NCBI GenBank assembly: GCA_036172245.1
Contig: JAYWIR010000011.1
Location: forward strand, 310,001-374,000
Direction of reading: 5' to 3'
DNA from: Raillietiella orientalis
Taxonomy: Eukaryota
Length of the DNA: 64,000 bases
The position numbers and the translations under genes are program-made. The notes below the pieces were generated by a model. It saw nothing but the letters and a program-made list of their open reading frames with translations, made no database searches and was not told the DNA's origin. Positions within the stretch are counted from its first letter, which is position 1. Each line of letters opens with the position of its first letter. Positions 26,851 to 38,658 of the stretch are shown in pieces.

Positions 26851-29213
26851 TTTGAACCCGGTCACGCCAGGATATTTATTTAGGGAAACAAACCACAAGC
26901 TTGGAAGGATGTGTATCCCTCCAAGACACAAGAAACGCCCATACAAGGAGTTCAACCCAGAAAACCACCGGTACGCAGGCCGGCTTCAAAAAAAGAAGGG
27001 AACGGAAGGAGGGGACACGAACTAAACAAAAAGCAAACAAACAGGGGAGGGTGGGAACTGGGATCTTTGGTATCGTACGTTCCTCATCTTTCTAGAAGCG
27101 CTGTTTGACGATGGCGACTTCCCTGGCGACTTTTCTGGACAGATGAGGCCACCTTGCAGCTGCCTCCATACGGTTGGCGGCTCTCCTGGTGGCGTCTTTC
27201 CGCTGTGAACTCCCTTCGAGCTTACGGCGGGCCGTCACGATGGCGCGAATGCAACAGATTGTTGCAATCACAGCGCCTTTTTTCAGTCCGTCTTCGCTGA
27301 AGAAACGTCGCAGCAGGTCGATGGCAGTGTCCTGGGGACGACGAAGTGCCGAAGCGAGTCTCCGCCATAACTCCTGCAAAACATTGCAGTCCAGAAGTGG
27401 GTGCGGAAGCGCGATTCCATCGCCCTGCACCTGAGGCAGTTCGGGGAGGCAACTCCCCCGGAAACCAAGTGTCTGCGCTTATTGCACTGAAAACCGTAGT
27501 GCAGGAATAGCAGAACATCCTGTTTCCATCGAAGCGGGAACACGGAGGTGTCCACACACAAAGAAGGGACCACGAGTTCTTCGGGGAGTAATCCAAGAAC
27601 CTCACTCCCTTTGCCCGGTAACGAGGAGTGGCAGCCTCTACCAACACGCTCGTTTTGCAGCCGCTCAGCAGTCTTTCCACTCCTGCAATGCTGCAGAAGA
27701 ACTCCCACCTTGCCGGTTGGCTACTGTCGTTGTTTGCCCTGAGAGCAGACAGCGCTGCGGCGATGGGTGAGACGGCTACCCGGGACCAAAGCGACCAGTC
27801 CTGTAGGATCACTCCTAGCTGTTTGCGTAAGAGGCCCTTTAGAGGTCGCAGTTGCTCTGGACGCACATCCAAAGTGGGAGTCCAGTGCTCCAGAGCTTCC
27901 TGCTGCCAAGCATTCCAGTTGGAGGGGCGGCAGGAAATCCAGGAATGGGCTAACAACAACGAGGAGAGATGCCTCAGAGGGTAGTCAAATCCAGTTCTCT
28001 CCACCCTCCCCTTAAAATGGCAGGAGTCGGCTCTCCTGTTGCAGCACTGGGGACTCCCCTGCAACGCCCGCCGACACCACTGGACCTGGGGAGCGGTGGA
28101 CCCCAATTGCGTCAGGTGTGGGGAACGGGAGTCCCTCCCCCACCTGCTTGTGGATTGTGTTGCCCTTCGGCCCCTTTGGTTCCGCTTTGCCGCGGCCATC
28201 GGAATCCCCTGCGGCAACCCCAGGGACGTTCTGAAAGCCCTCTTCGTTGCCGACGCCCTTCGGCCAGCGGCCTCGTTAGCAGCCCTGTGCTGCCTTCGCG
28301 GGATCGTCGCCGCCTGGAGCAAGGCTACGGGAGGACCACACGACCAGGGTGCCAGCCAGCCAGCCTCCCAGTTCCTGAGGAGGGCGTCGCGATGGCCCCA
28401 CCTGGATCCAAGCATGCAGCAAGAGCTTGCCGGCATCCTGCAAAGGATGCAACGGCCCCACCAGCAACTGTGATCCCTTTCCGTACCCTCCCAGTTTTTT
28501 TCTTTTCTTTTTGTTTGTTTTTTTGTTTTCCCCCTTCCCCCTGCTGCCGTTGTGGACCGTACCGGTCTGCGAACCGGTGACCCGGCAGGCTCTGTGTTTC
28601 TTCGTGCGTGGCTGGAGCAATGGTCCAGCCACTGCACGTCTTTGTTAATGTTTATTAATTAATAAACGCCCCTGCAAAATCCGGGTGAAAATCAAATCCA
28701 GTTCTCCGGCGAAGGTTGCGCGGCAGCAACGAAAGCAGTCCTGCACTGGAGGACAACTGTCATCGCTGGAGGATATGGCGAGCGGGAGCACACCAGTGAC
28801 TAGACCACAATTTCCCACACAGGGAGAGAAGCCGGAACTGCACCTGCAGTCCAATCTTCTCGATGGTCAGGATTCCCAAGCCAGCGTCCTGGCGCAGCGC
28901 CACCAAATCTTTGAGGCGAATCCGGGATCCTGCAGCGCCCCACGGAGGAGCTTTACGGAGGAGACGCTGCGCCCGGAGTTTCACCAAATAGGGGGTCGGG
29001 CAAACAAAAAACAGGGGACGGAGGAGGGAGGGCAAGAAAAGTGTTCCAGACGCACGCCCTTTCCGGCAAGACGAACTTGCCGTCCAGGAACGGGTCGAGA
29101 GCCATCTCTGCCTTTTGAAGACAGGCAGACCACGCTTCTGACGAGCAGAAGTCGCCCAACGGAATACCAAGGTACTTCAAGTGCCGTGGGGATCCCCAGG
29201 CGCATCCAGTCGG
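26851..29213 (-). mobile_element. 5'-truncated, degenerate non-LTR retrotransposon (L1/Tx1-like ORF2 3' half), copy A
   Basis: Contains the RT C-terminal LKYLGIPL, the post-RT segment QDAGLGILTI, and a frameshifted zf-RVT-like CCHC region (PLRWKQ...CLRC...HPLLDC). Stop at 27092, followed by a pyrimidine-rich 3' UTR and AATAAA. Flanked by a 15-bp TSD CCGTTCC(T/C)ACTGGGG at 26836-26850 and 29214-29228. Confidence 0.85.
28000..28691 (+). mobile_element. 5'-truncated LINE copy B (zf-RVT region plus 3' UTR), nested antisense inside copy A
   Basis: Uninterrupted frame LPLKWQESALLLQHWGLPCNARR...CVRCGERESLPHLLVDC runs to a stop at 28473, followed by AATAAA and a GAAAA end. Perfect 15-bp TSD TCAAATCCAGTTCTC at 27985-27999 and 28692-28706. 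Confidence 0.9.
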
Positions 29214-29259
29214 CCGTTCCCACTGGGGAAAACGCGTTCCGCACGCCTGGATTTCAACT

Positions 29260-29450
29260 GCGCCGGCGTCCGCCTCCACGCGCGCTCATGAGAACCCGCG
29301 CCAGGCTTCCGGGAACGCCGGCGGGAGCGGAAAGCCCCAGTAGGGAGCGCGTGTCACGGAGTGGAGGAAGCGGCAACTGTTGTGCCTCCTCCAGCATGCG
29401 GTAAATCGCGCGTGCCCTCGGCACTTCCGGCGCGTGACGGTCCCAGCGCA
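29260..29450 (-). mobile_element. Probable further LINE ORF2 fragment (segment preceding the zinc finger)
   Basis: WDRHAPEVPRARAIYRMLEE...RSLLGL resembles the start of zf-RVT-type domains and the RFLGLLP segment of copy A. Weak evidence. Confidence 0.35.
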
Positions 29451-29652
29451 CGCTTGCAGGAGCAACCGGTCGATCCCCAAAGACCGAAAGAGGAGGAGGA
29501 GGGGGGGGGGAGAAACACACGATGGCCCTCTGCTCTCTCGAACAGTAGCGCCTCCACACGATCTCCTCCCTCTCCTGGCCAGCACCTGCAGTGCCCTTCC
29601 ATAGCGGGAAACCCTTGAGCCCTCCCTCTCCTCAGTGACCACGGGAGCGGCC

Positions 29653-29921
29653 GGGAGGCGTCCGTCCGCGCCTCCAAAAGCGGTCACGCGACTGCGCGCC
29701 AAGGGAGGTCTCGGGCCCCGACGAGGTCCCGGCCTCCGGTGCCGGATCCTCTGGGGTGCAGTGAAGAGGGTCCGCGAGAGGGGAGAATGTGCGCGCTCCT
29801 CAGGGGTTTGGAGTGGAGGAGATCGAAACGCTACGCTCCCACCGGGCCACTTGGGAAGGGAAGGGGCGCGTGTCCCTGCCCAGTGTCCCCGTCCTTGCCT
29901 CCCCTTCTCCCCGCAGCGGCG
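29653..29921 (-). repeat. About 260-bp GC-rich repeat, copy 2 (inverted relative to 25817-26073)
   Basis: Reverse complement aligns with copy 1 over its whole length, with small indels. Confidence 0.9.
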
Positions 29922-31284
29922 GGTGAACAAAGACGAGAGCCACAGCAGAACGGCTCGTCCCCGAAACCACCCGTTCCGACCGCCCCGTCGACGGGGTGGG
30001 GCAGGGCCGCGGGACGTTCCGCGAGCGCGGAGATCCTCGCCGGCTGACGTTTTGGAGTGGGCGAATGCCGCACCGCCGCGAGCGAGAAGCGGCACCGCTG
30101 ACGGCCAGAGCCACCACCGACGGCTGCTTGCTCGCAGCAGCCTGCAGTGGTGATGTTGCGATTCCCTGAGGCGTTTCCCCGAGGCGAGCCACGAGGTTCT
30201 CTCTCTCCCGTCCCGTGCACTTCGGGCAGGTTCGTCCCCGCAGCGGGCCACTCCCGCAACACCGGAGCTCGAGCGGAATCGCACGCGACCGTCTGGACGT
30301 GGGCGCGCGTGCGGTCGGTGGCCGCCCAGCAGCTGGCCGGTCTCCTCCCTCGCCGCGCACCCTCCTCAGCAGACGGCGGACGTCCGTCGGCCGCCGTCTC
30401 CGTTCAAGGCCCGGCGTTGGGTCCCCGCCTGCGTCCGTGTTGCTGCCGCTGCCGCGCGAGGGATGGTTTCGGTGCGCACGCAGCTCGCCTTTGCGGGTGG
30501 GGGGAGGGGAACAACGCTGGGCGACAGATGCACCGCTGCCGGCCCAGGGACCCGGCGGTTCACCATGGAATGCGGCGGTTTCGACAAGAGGCGCCGCGTG
30601 CGCTCGACGCACGCGCGCGCGTGCTCCGGTAGCTCCTCCGCCGCCGCCGCCGCCGCCTCCCTCAGGGGGAACCGAACACGCAGGCATCCCTTTCCGGAGG
30701 TGCGCGCGGGTGCGTCGCCCCTGATCGAACGAGGCGCCTCGTAAGTCGAAACCCACCGAGAAATCTGCCGCCGTCGCGAAAAGGACACTCAGCGCGCTTG
30801 TCCGGAGGCGCGGCGGGTGTGCATTCCCGCGATTCCTCGAAGGATTCTGTTTGCAGGCGCCATCTCTCGAAACGAGACGAAAGCAACGCAGCAACGGCTC
30901 TTCCCCCGAGTACCCTGGAAACGTGGGATCATCCTGGACACGATCCTCGGATCCGGACCACGAGTCTTTTTTTCTCAATGATGCTGTTGCTGCTTTTTTT
31001 TTTTTTTTTTTTTTGGCTGCTGCTGTTCCTCCGATGGTGCTGTCATCTTCCCATACAAGAATCATAATAAATTTCGACGCCTCGTGGATTCATAAATCTG
31101 CCGCAAGGACGCCGAGGGGGACTCTAGGTAGCCGGGATGCGCGCGTCTCCAAGGAGCGTTCTTGAAAAGAAAAGGAGGGGAAACAAAAAAAAAAATGGGA
31201 AAAGTTTAATCCTCGGTTTTTTCTCTCTCCCAATTTTCGTTCCCGTCTCGGGCCCACGCACGGGAACGCGCCTGGTATTCGCGC

Positions 31285-31895
31285 TCACAGTGCGTTATAT
31301 TTAGACAGGAATTCCGGATGGAGGTTTCTGGTGCCGAGCGAGGACGCCAGCGCCTCCAAATCGCTGAGCAGCCTGTCGGAATGGTTGTTGCCGCTGCTGC
31401 TGCTGCCGCTGGAAGAGTAGCCAAAGAGAGCGGCGTAGGAACGTTTCAGGAGGTGCAGGTAGTCCTGCAGCACGTGGTTCGTGGACTGCAGGCAGCCCAG
31501 TTGGTCGGTGAGATCGGCCACCTTGGCCTGCAGGGCTTTCACGGACTGGAAAGAGAGGAATAGCATGCGCGTCCCGTGAGCAGGGGGGCGGCGCGCGGCC
31601 CAACCTCGTTTTCCGTGTTCCTCGACTGAGCAGCTTCGATCTTCGCACTCAGCAGAGCATCTTCTAGCTCGCGTATTCGCATGTCGTTCTGCTTATCTCT
31701 GAGACTGCGCAGTTCGTTGGATCTGGAGAGCAACGTGGCGTCAGCTCGTGTTCATGGGGGCCAAAGGTCGCGCTGGTGGCGAAGAGAAAGCACGCGTCCC
31801 CCCTTCCCTTATTCCCTGACGACCCGGGTGGTTGCAGCCGGGAGTGACTTTTGGGTTTTGAATTCGTACCGACCTAAAACCAACGTTTTCTATTT

Positions 31896-31927
<32 letters not shown>

Positions 31928-34900
31928 TTGCTCCGTTATGATGAGAGGTGAGAGCGGCGCGAAATCCGCGGCGACGAGGAACCCGTTACCAAGGTACCCA
32001 ACTTCTTCACTGAGTCGGGATGGGTAAGAGGAGCGGGGAAACATCTGCCTGGGAGCCGCGCGCTGCCCGTGACAACGGGTCCTGCCGAAAGTCTGGTCCT
32101 GCAGAGACTCCGCGTCCGTGGAGATGAGCCGGAAGCGTGGCGCAGGCAACAGGGGCATCTGCTGATCAACGTTAGCACACACAGAGGAACGGGATGCGCT
32201 GTTGCCGGAGGGCCGAAGCGGATTATAACGTTACGGGCGCAGGAGAAGGAGAGGCGCTCAAGGTGTTCCCGATAACCTTCGACGCCACACTGTCAACCAA
32301 GATGCGCTCTCGTGAAAGGCACGCGCGTACTGCTGCACGCACGGCATCTCTGCCTGCAGACGTAACGCGCTGCAAAAAGAACTCCCTCCAAAGCTCCTTA
32401 GGACAGTGGTGGGAAGGCATGCAGGAAGTTTCGCTGGATCAAGGGGGTGGGCATTCGCGATCACGAAAGCCGGAAAGGGAGGAGCCCAAGCACGAGGCGG
32501 GAGGAGGAAGGGGAGGGAGGGGGATTCGAACCGGGGTGATTTTGGTCTTCGTTGAGGGTGGAGAGAGACCCCGGTGGAGGATGGGCCTCGCGACCGAGCT
32601 CGGCTTCGTGCTCCCAGCAGCCGGGCGCGCCACCTCTCTCTCGAGTGAAGCCTCCGGCGGCTGCACGCCGCCGCACTGGCAAGGCCGTCCGCAAAAGCTA
32701 GCCGACGGGAACCGGCCTTCAGCTTGGCGTGCACGCGGGTCAAGGGACAAGAGTGGATCCTAGAACGAGTGAGCGCAGCGGAAATGCCAGAACTAAAGTC
32801 TTCTAAGGCAAACGTCTCGAAGGCTCTTCATGGAGACGAAAGCACCCACCTCACTTCGCCGGATGCCTTAGATAGGTGCGAGGCGGTCACCTGCTTCGAG
32901 TGACCCTTTGCCACCACAGCGCTTTCCAAATCGCGAACTCTTGGGGCGGCAATGCGTTTCGAGGCTTACCACCACCTCGGAGCCCAGAAGACGGGTCCTC
33001 CGAACATGGTTCTCTCGCTTGGTCAAAGTCCACGGCGCTCTCTGGAAGCCGAGTCGACTCGCCCACGAAGTGGAAGGTCGGTAAGCTCGAGGAATCGACT
33101 CGCCTCGCGTGCATTGCGAGGGTGCATTCAAGGGATCTTCGCGCGACGTGCAGGCCGCTGCGTTCGAATCCCTCCCTCTTTGCTCGGAGATCCTGCCGGA
33201 ATGCCAGCAGATCCTGCCGGAAATAGGCGAAGCGCGGTAGCCTAGTGCTCGCGCAAGGACCCGGCTGACCGCGTAAGCGGAGAACTCAGGAGCAGCAGCG
33301 GCAGCAAGAAGTCGTTTTCTTTGCCTGTTAAACGGGGATCGCGTCGGCACTTCGGTGTGTGTCTCACGGCCCCCCGGTAGCTCGGCGTGGGAGACGGGAG
33401 CAGTCGGACTGCAGCCCGCGTTTACCTGGTGTCCTCCTTGTGGATGCTGTCTTTCAAGCTGCTGATCTGGTGGTTCAGCGTCGCGTTTTCGCGGATGGTT
33501 TGCTCCAGCTTCTCGTTCTGCTGCCTGATCAAATACTCGCGCCGGCTGATCTCGTTGCTGGACCCACATCCTTGCGGTCTTGGAGCAAAGCAAGTCCTGT
33601 CACCCACCTTAAGTAGAGGCTGCCCTCGTGCATCTCCCGGATTTTGGCTTCGTAACTTTGGATCTTCGAGGAATATTCTTCTGTCAGCTGTTTCTTCTTT
33701 GATTTTAGGGACGTTATTGGAAGTCTATCCGAAGGACTGCCATACGTACTTCGCATTGGGTCTCCATCAGATGGGACTGCAGTTCCGTGAGCTTGTTCTC
33801 AAGAGCTATATTCTTCTGGCTCAGCTCTTGGAGTCTCGTGGTGACGACCTTGAGGACCTCTGGAATCGGACTGAAGTCACCCAAGTGATCTTGAACATTC
33901 AACTGTTGCTTCATATGGGAATACATCTTTTAATCTTGTGCTCGTCCGCACCACCCCCAGATCAAAGAAGTCTGTTCGGAAGACGTACTTTGATCCTGTC
34001 CCATCCCCTGCCGGTTTCCTCCTGGATCCTTGCGGGCCTTGCATGAGCCATGCTGTCTATCTGAGTCTTCTGCTCCTCCACCAACTGCTGCAGGTGGAGA
34101 CACTGAGGATTTTACGGGCTTTCCTCAAATCTCACCGAGGACTTTCAAACCTCACTTTATCGTGATTTGCTTCGGCTTGCAGCTGGGCTTCCTTCCACAG
34201 CTTCTGGAACTTATCAGACTCCTTCCGGATCTCCCTCAGGTGTTTCAGCTCTTCCTGTAGGACGTTCAGTTCGGCTTCCTGCTGCTTCAGGGCCATCTTG
34301 AGCTCGAACATGTTGTCGTGGAAAGAATTCCGCTGCTGCAAAAGCCCGTCTCAAAGATAGGTCTGTTTTGTAAGGTCGGGCACATCCCCACTCGCTACCC
34401 CATTCGATCGGGAAGAGTGCTGCTCTGTCCGCTCTTTCGCGAGTGGAACCACGCGCTGCAAAACTCCACGGATTGCTTCCTTCTTGAAGCGTAGCCCGTC
34501 GAAACCGGAGCGCTCCGAGGGTGCGGCCGTTTCGCCATCGCTGGTGCGCTGTCATGTCTCGGGCTCCCGTTCGAATAAGCGCCTCTCGACTGGTGGCTCG
34601 CTCGCTGGTGGTGCGCGGGACTGACGGGTCCACGTGAGACCACCGTCCATCCGGCTCGCCTTTCGGCACGCTCCACGTCCGGGGCCGCACCGGAAAGAGC
34701 GTCAAGCGGGAGGCACTCAGTGTGCCTTCGCTACGGCAAGGAGCCACGGCAACGTCGAGTTCGGCATGCGGAGGTGGAGAAGCATTTGCCGCACACGGGA
34801 CTCCGCTCCTCGGTCCCGGAAGTGGAGTACTCCCTTTCACTCGCGCGACTTGCTTGGCATGCCAGTCCACTCTGCGGAGCGACTAGAGAGCTCCTCGGGG

Positions 34901-37900
34901 AATCGTAAAACCGGTCCCGGGGATGGGAAGGGGGTAGACGGGAAGGAGAGTTCGCGATTTCCTTCGCTCCCGGACATCTCGGATGGCCATCGGAACGCTC
35001 CCCTCCGCTTGCACTTCGGTTGCGATGCACCAGCTGACTCGATTCTTCTATGGCTCATTTTCCACGTCCGGGAATCCCCCCCCCCCCCCCCCCCGGAATC
35101 GCCGCCATTGTTTCTGGTGCGATTCCGCGAGGGGCAGTGCCGTGAAGACGTCCGAAGCGTTCGCACCGTTCTGGTGGGCGATTCCAGGAATTCATAGCAG
35201 AACGAGCAGCGGAGATCCAGCTTGGAGCCCGTGCCACGTCCGCGCTCCATTTTCCCGTTGTTACCGTTACTTCCGGACGTTTCCAAAAATTTCGAGAGAG
35301 GAAGGGGAGTGCGCCTCGCTCCTTCGGACCCTCCGAGGACTGCGAGCTTCGGGATGCGCGCAGCGCTTCTCCCCGCATTCCCCCGGCTTCGAGCGCTCGT
35401 CTCAAGGCGGGGGGGGGGGGGAGGGGTCCAAACGAAGCAGCAGTACTCTCTCCCTCTCGATCAGCACACATCCGTTTCCCAGAGGTTCTTCGAGAGCCCC
35501 GAGGGCGCTCGCGGCGTTGCGGGAAATGAAGTTCTTCCGCTGCGAAGCAGAAACCGCAGCCGACCGGGGCCCCCTCCCGAGCGGGAACCAAGTGTCTCCT
35601 GTCCCGATAAGACATCTGAGTTATCGATATCACTGCCGTTCGCTTGTCGGCATGCCCGGACGGGCGAGGCACCTGCTAAAGCACCGTGTGAGAAGCGAGC
35701 GCTGGTGCGGTTTCCCGTCGCCCGCGATTGTTCGGCGCGGCCTTTTATCCAGGTGGTACCCGAATCCGCGCGCTCCAGGTATTCTTACGGGAATACGAAC
35801 GGTTCAGCCACCCGCACCTGAGGAGGCACTTCGTCAGTGCTGCTTTGGTACGGCTTGCTCGCGTTTCTCTGCTCCTCCCTCCTCCTCGCCAGCTCCGTAA
35901 GTCTTTGCTCTATGCTGTTCAAGTTTAGAGACTGTTTCGCCACTTTCTCTTCCAGGTGGCGGTTCTGCACGGTTAGGTGGAGCAGGTTCTGTTCCTTGAG
36001 TTCCAGCTCGCGCCGCAGCTGCTCACTACGACAACCAAGGCAGCGTTACAGAGGATGTGCGAGATCTGCGGTGCGTTCGTAGTGAACAGCGAGTTCTTTG
36101 ACGACAGTCTGGAAGGATTTAGAACACTGAGGGTTCCGGAGCTGCGTCCGTATCGTTTTCTCGTTCGAGAGACAAGTGAGTGAGCAGAGCGCTTCCATGA
36201 TCGCTGACGTCAGCAAATCGAATTTTCGCGGAGCGCAGTACTTCCCTGGGAATAACAACGGAAATTCTGAAACGTACGATCCCTTCCTTTTCGGTGATCC
36301 GAACCGAACACCTGAGCCAAGGAGCTTCGCGTCGCGGAGCACCAGGGAACACGATTTCCCTCCAGAAGCCGAAGAACTCGTTCGCGGGAATCGGAAGGCG
36401 TGAGGCGCTTTGGGAGGTGCACCCCGCGTGTCTTCGCTTAAGGTAAAAATTGCCGGCGTCCCTCGTCAGCTCGCAACATCAACGGGAGTGGCAGTATAAG
36501 AAAGGGTCGGTGAGAGTTTGTCAGCGTTTGTCAGTGATAACCAAAGTTCCGATTCCCGCTTTCCTCACTCTGTTGCCAGGATGCAGCAGAAAACGTTTCG
36601 AAAGCGAATCCCGCGTCCGGAAAATTCGCCTGGTTAGCGTCCGGGAAGCCCTTGGTAGGAAGTCATTGCAAACTCTGAAGGTTTACCGCTTTAGAATTTC
36701 ATTTCGGCTTTGGAATACTAAAGCCGAAATCAAAGCCCCTTGAAGGAGGCGACTTTCTTCCCTCTTTGATCTCAGTACTTTTCCAAAAAAAAAAAAAAAA
36801 ACCTTGGCGACGTGAAAAGAAAAAACAGCAAGAGCTGATTTACTGATGTAAAGATGAGTGTTTCTCGTGAAGCAGCGTCTCCCGAAAGCTCTTAAACGCA
36901 GAGGTGGCGGAAGAACTCTTCAAGGGGATTGTTCGTTTGCTCTGCCGGACTCTTAATGCGTTTGAAGGCTGCGTCCAATGGAATCTTCTGGAAGGCTGAC
37001 GGCGGTTTCGAACGAACGGACAAAGTGATTCTAATCGAGCGGTTGACTCGTTTTCGATGGCTAGCAACTTCTTGGTCGCGACTTCGGCGGTTTATCGGAA
37101 ACGCCGTAGCGTTTCTTTTGTGCTCCACCGAGTCTTTGAACATTCAAGCATTCCGTTCACTGGGAGGGCACTCAGGTTCCGAAGAAGCACATTCGACTTA
37201 TCCCCCTCCAACACGACTCGCATCCGCACGGTCCAGGAAGACAAGAACGGTCCGAATGAAACGAAAACAAGACAAAGACAAAAAATTCAAAAGTTCAGAA
37301 TTTTCAAGGTGGTGAAAAGCCGCGGGAACCAGCTGCAAAAAATCGCTGTGTACGAGTGCGCAGGGTATAGGAAGGAAGGATGGATAACTATGCCGATGAG
37401 ACACTAACGCGGAGGGAAAACCCAGGAAGAAGTGCATTCGAAGGAAACGCTTGCGTGTGCGTGAACATTCGTGTTGGGATGCGGTTCTTTGCTAGTCGCA
37501 GCTGATCAATAGTTTTCCGTGTGAGTTATGGGTCACGTGGAAAGTTTGCGCTTGGAGCACTTTGGGCAGAAACTTTGCCCCGGTGACCCCTGTTGTTATT
37601 TAGGTTCTGGCATTGCAATGGATGCATCGGTGCGCCCTCACTTCTCGTTGAAGCGTAGCACGTTGCTGCGGCATTCGAAACGTACAAATTTCGCTTGTGG
37701 TCATTCGCGGGTAATCCTACGGAAGTGAACGTGGATGATTACTGGATCTCTGGCCCGCATATGGAGAACGTAGCGAAGAGCGTTTCCAAGAGCACCCTGG
37801 AGATTTAAAGGAAAGTACGTGGATCCTCGCACCCTGACGGGCACTGCAGGTAACCTCAGTGTTAGCAAGCGGCACTGATAAGGAAAGTTCCATACTTACG

Positions 37901-38658
37901 GACGGGAAAATCGCAATAAAACTTACTTAATTTTCTCCAACATTTCGTACTGATTTTTATGATTTAAATATTCTTGTTGGTACTGTTGATATTGGTGTTT
38001 TGTCCTTTCAGGATCGTTAGCTAGGGGCTCATTCTGTCAAAATAAATGCCAAAAAATATCTGCAATTATTTATATTTAGATCTACTTGCTTAGGGAGATT
38101 GCAGACAAAAGGTTTGCTTCCTTCCTTGTCTTGGTTTGGGATTTCGAACTGAGGTCCATTGTGATCCAAGTGAGGACTCAGGTGGGCAGTGGAAGTGTCA
38201 CTGTCGAGTGCCTCCAAAGGTTTGAAACTCTCGCAAGAAAATGGGGTTGGACTTCTTTCCTGGTCGACCGCCGGATCTTCCTTTTGGACTGCTCCTTCTT
38301 GCAGCCAGCCTGCGCTGTCTGTCCTTTCCACCGGCTTTACATTAGGAAGCTGAAAAACTCTTTGCTAAAGATAAAGAGGAATCTTCACACACCGGATTAT
38401 TATCAGGAGAAGCATTCTCGTATCGGCACACGCCACTGTCTGCAAACTGCTTGATCTGTACCAGTTCAACTTTACCTTGTAACTTGTCGATGTAGTTCTA
38501 AGGCAAACGGACAGTTGCAAATAGATGAAGCAAGCTGACACTTTCTCGTTTCCATGATTATCCACCACACAGCTGCCGCAAACCGATTTACACGTTTTCG
38601 CTCTTCCGAAGACAACCTTGTGGGATACCAGGTTGTCCGATTCGTGCTCGGGAAACAT
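31285..38658 (-). CDS. ODF2: ODF2/cenexin-family coiled-coil protein (centriole appendage / outer dense fibre); 5' end uncertain
   Basis: Phase-consistent exons 36025-35818, 34335-34156, 34102-33989, 33926-33750 (IPEVLKVVTTRLQE), 33696-33608, 33557-33426, 31722-31605 and 31545-31285. The C-terminus RIRELEDALLSAK...KVADLTDQL...STNHVLQDYLHLLKRSYAALFG matches my recollection of the ODF2/cenexin signature STNRSMQNYVQFLKSSYANVFG. Likely upstream exons are 38658-38542, 38497-38393, 38349-38086, 38033-37927 and 37030-36844; the link at about 37.0-37.9 kb is unresolved. The gene may extend further 5'. Confidence 0.8.

Noticed and set aside
32515..32580. tRNA or SINE (B-box GGTTCGAATCC on the minus strand)
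   Set aside because: No T-stem, A-box or cloverleaf.
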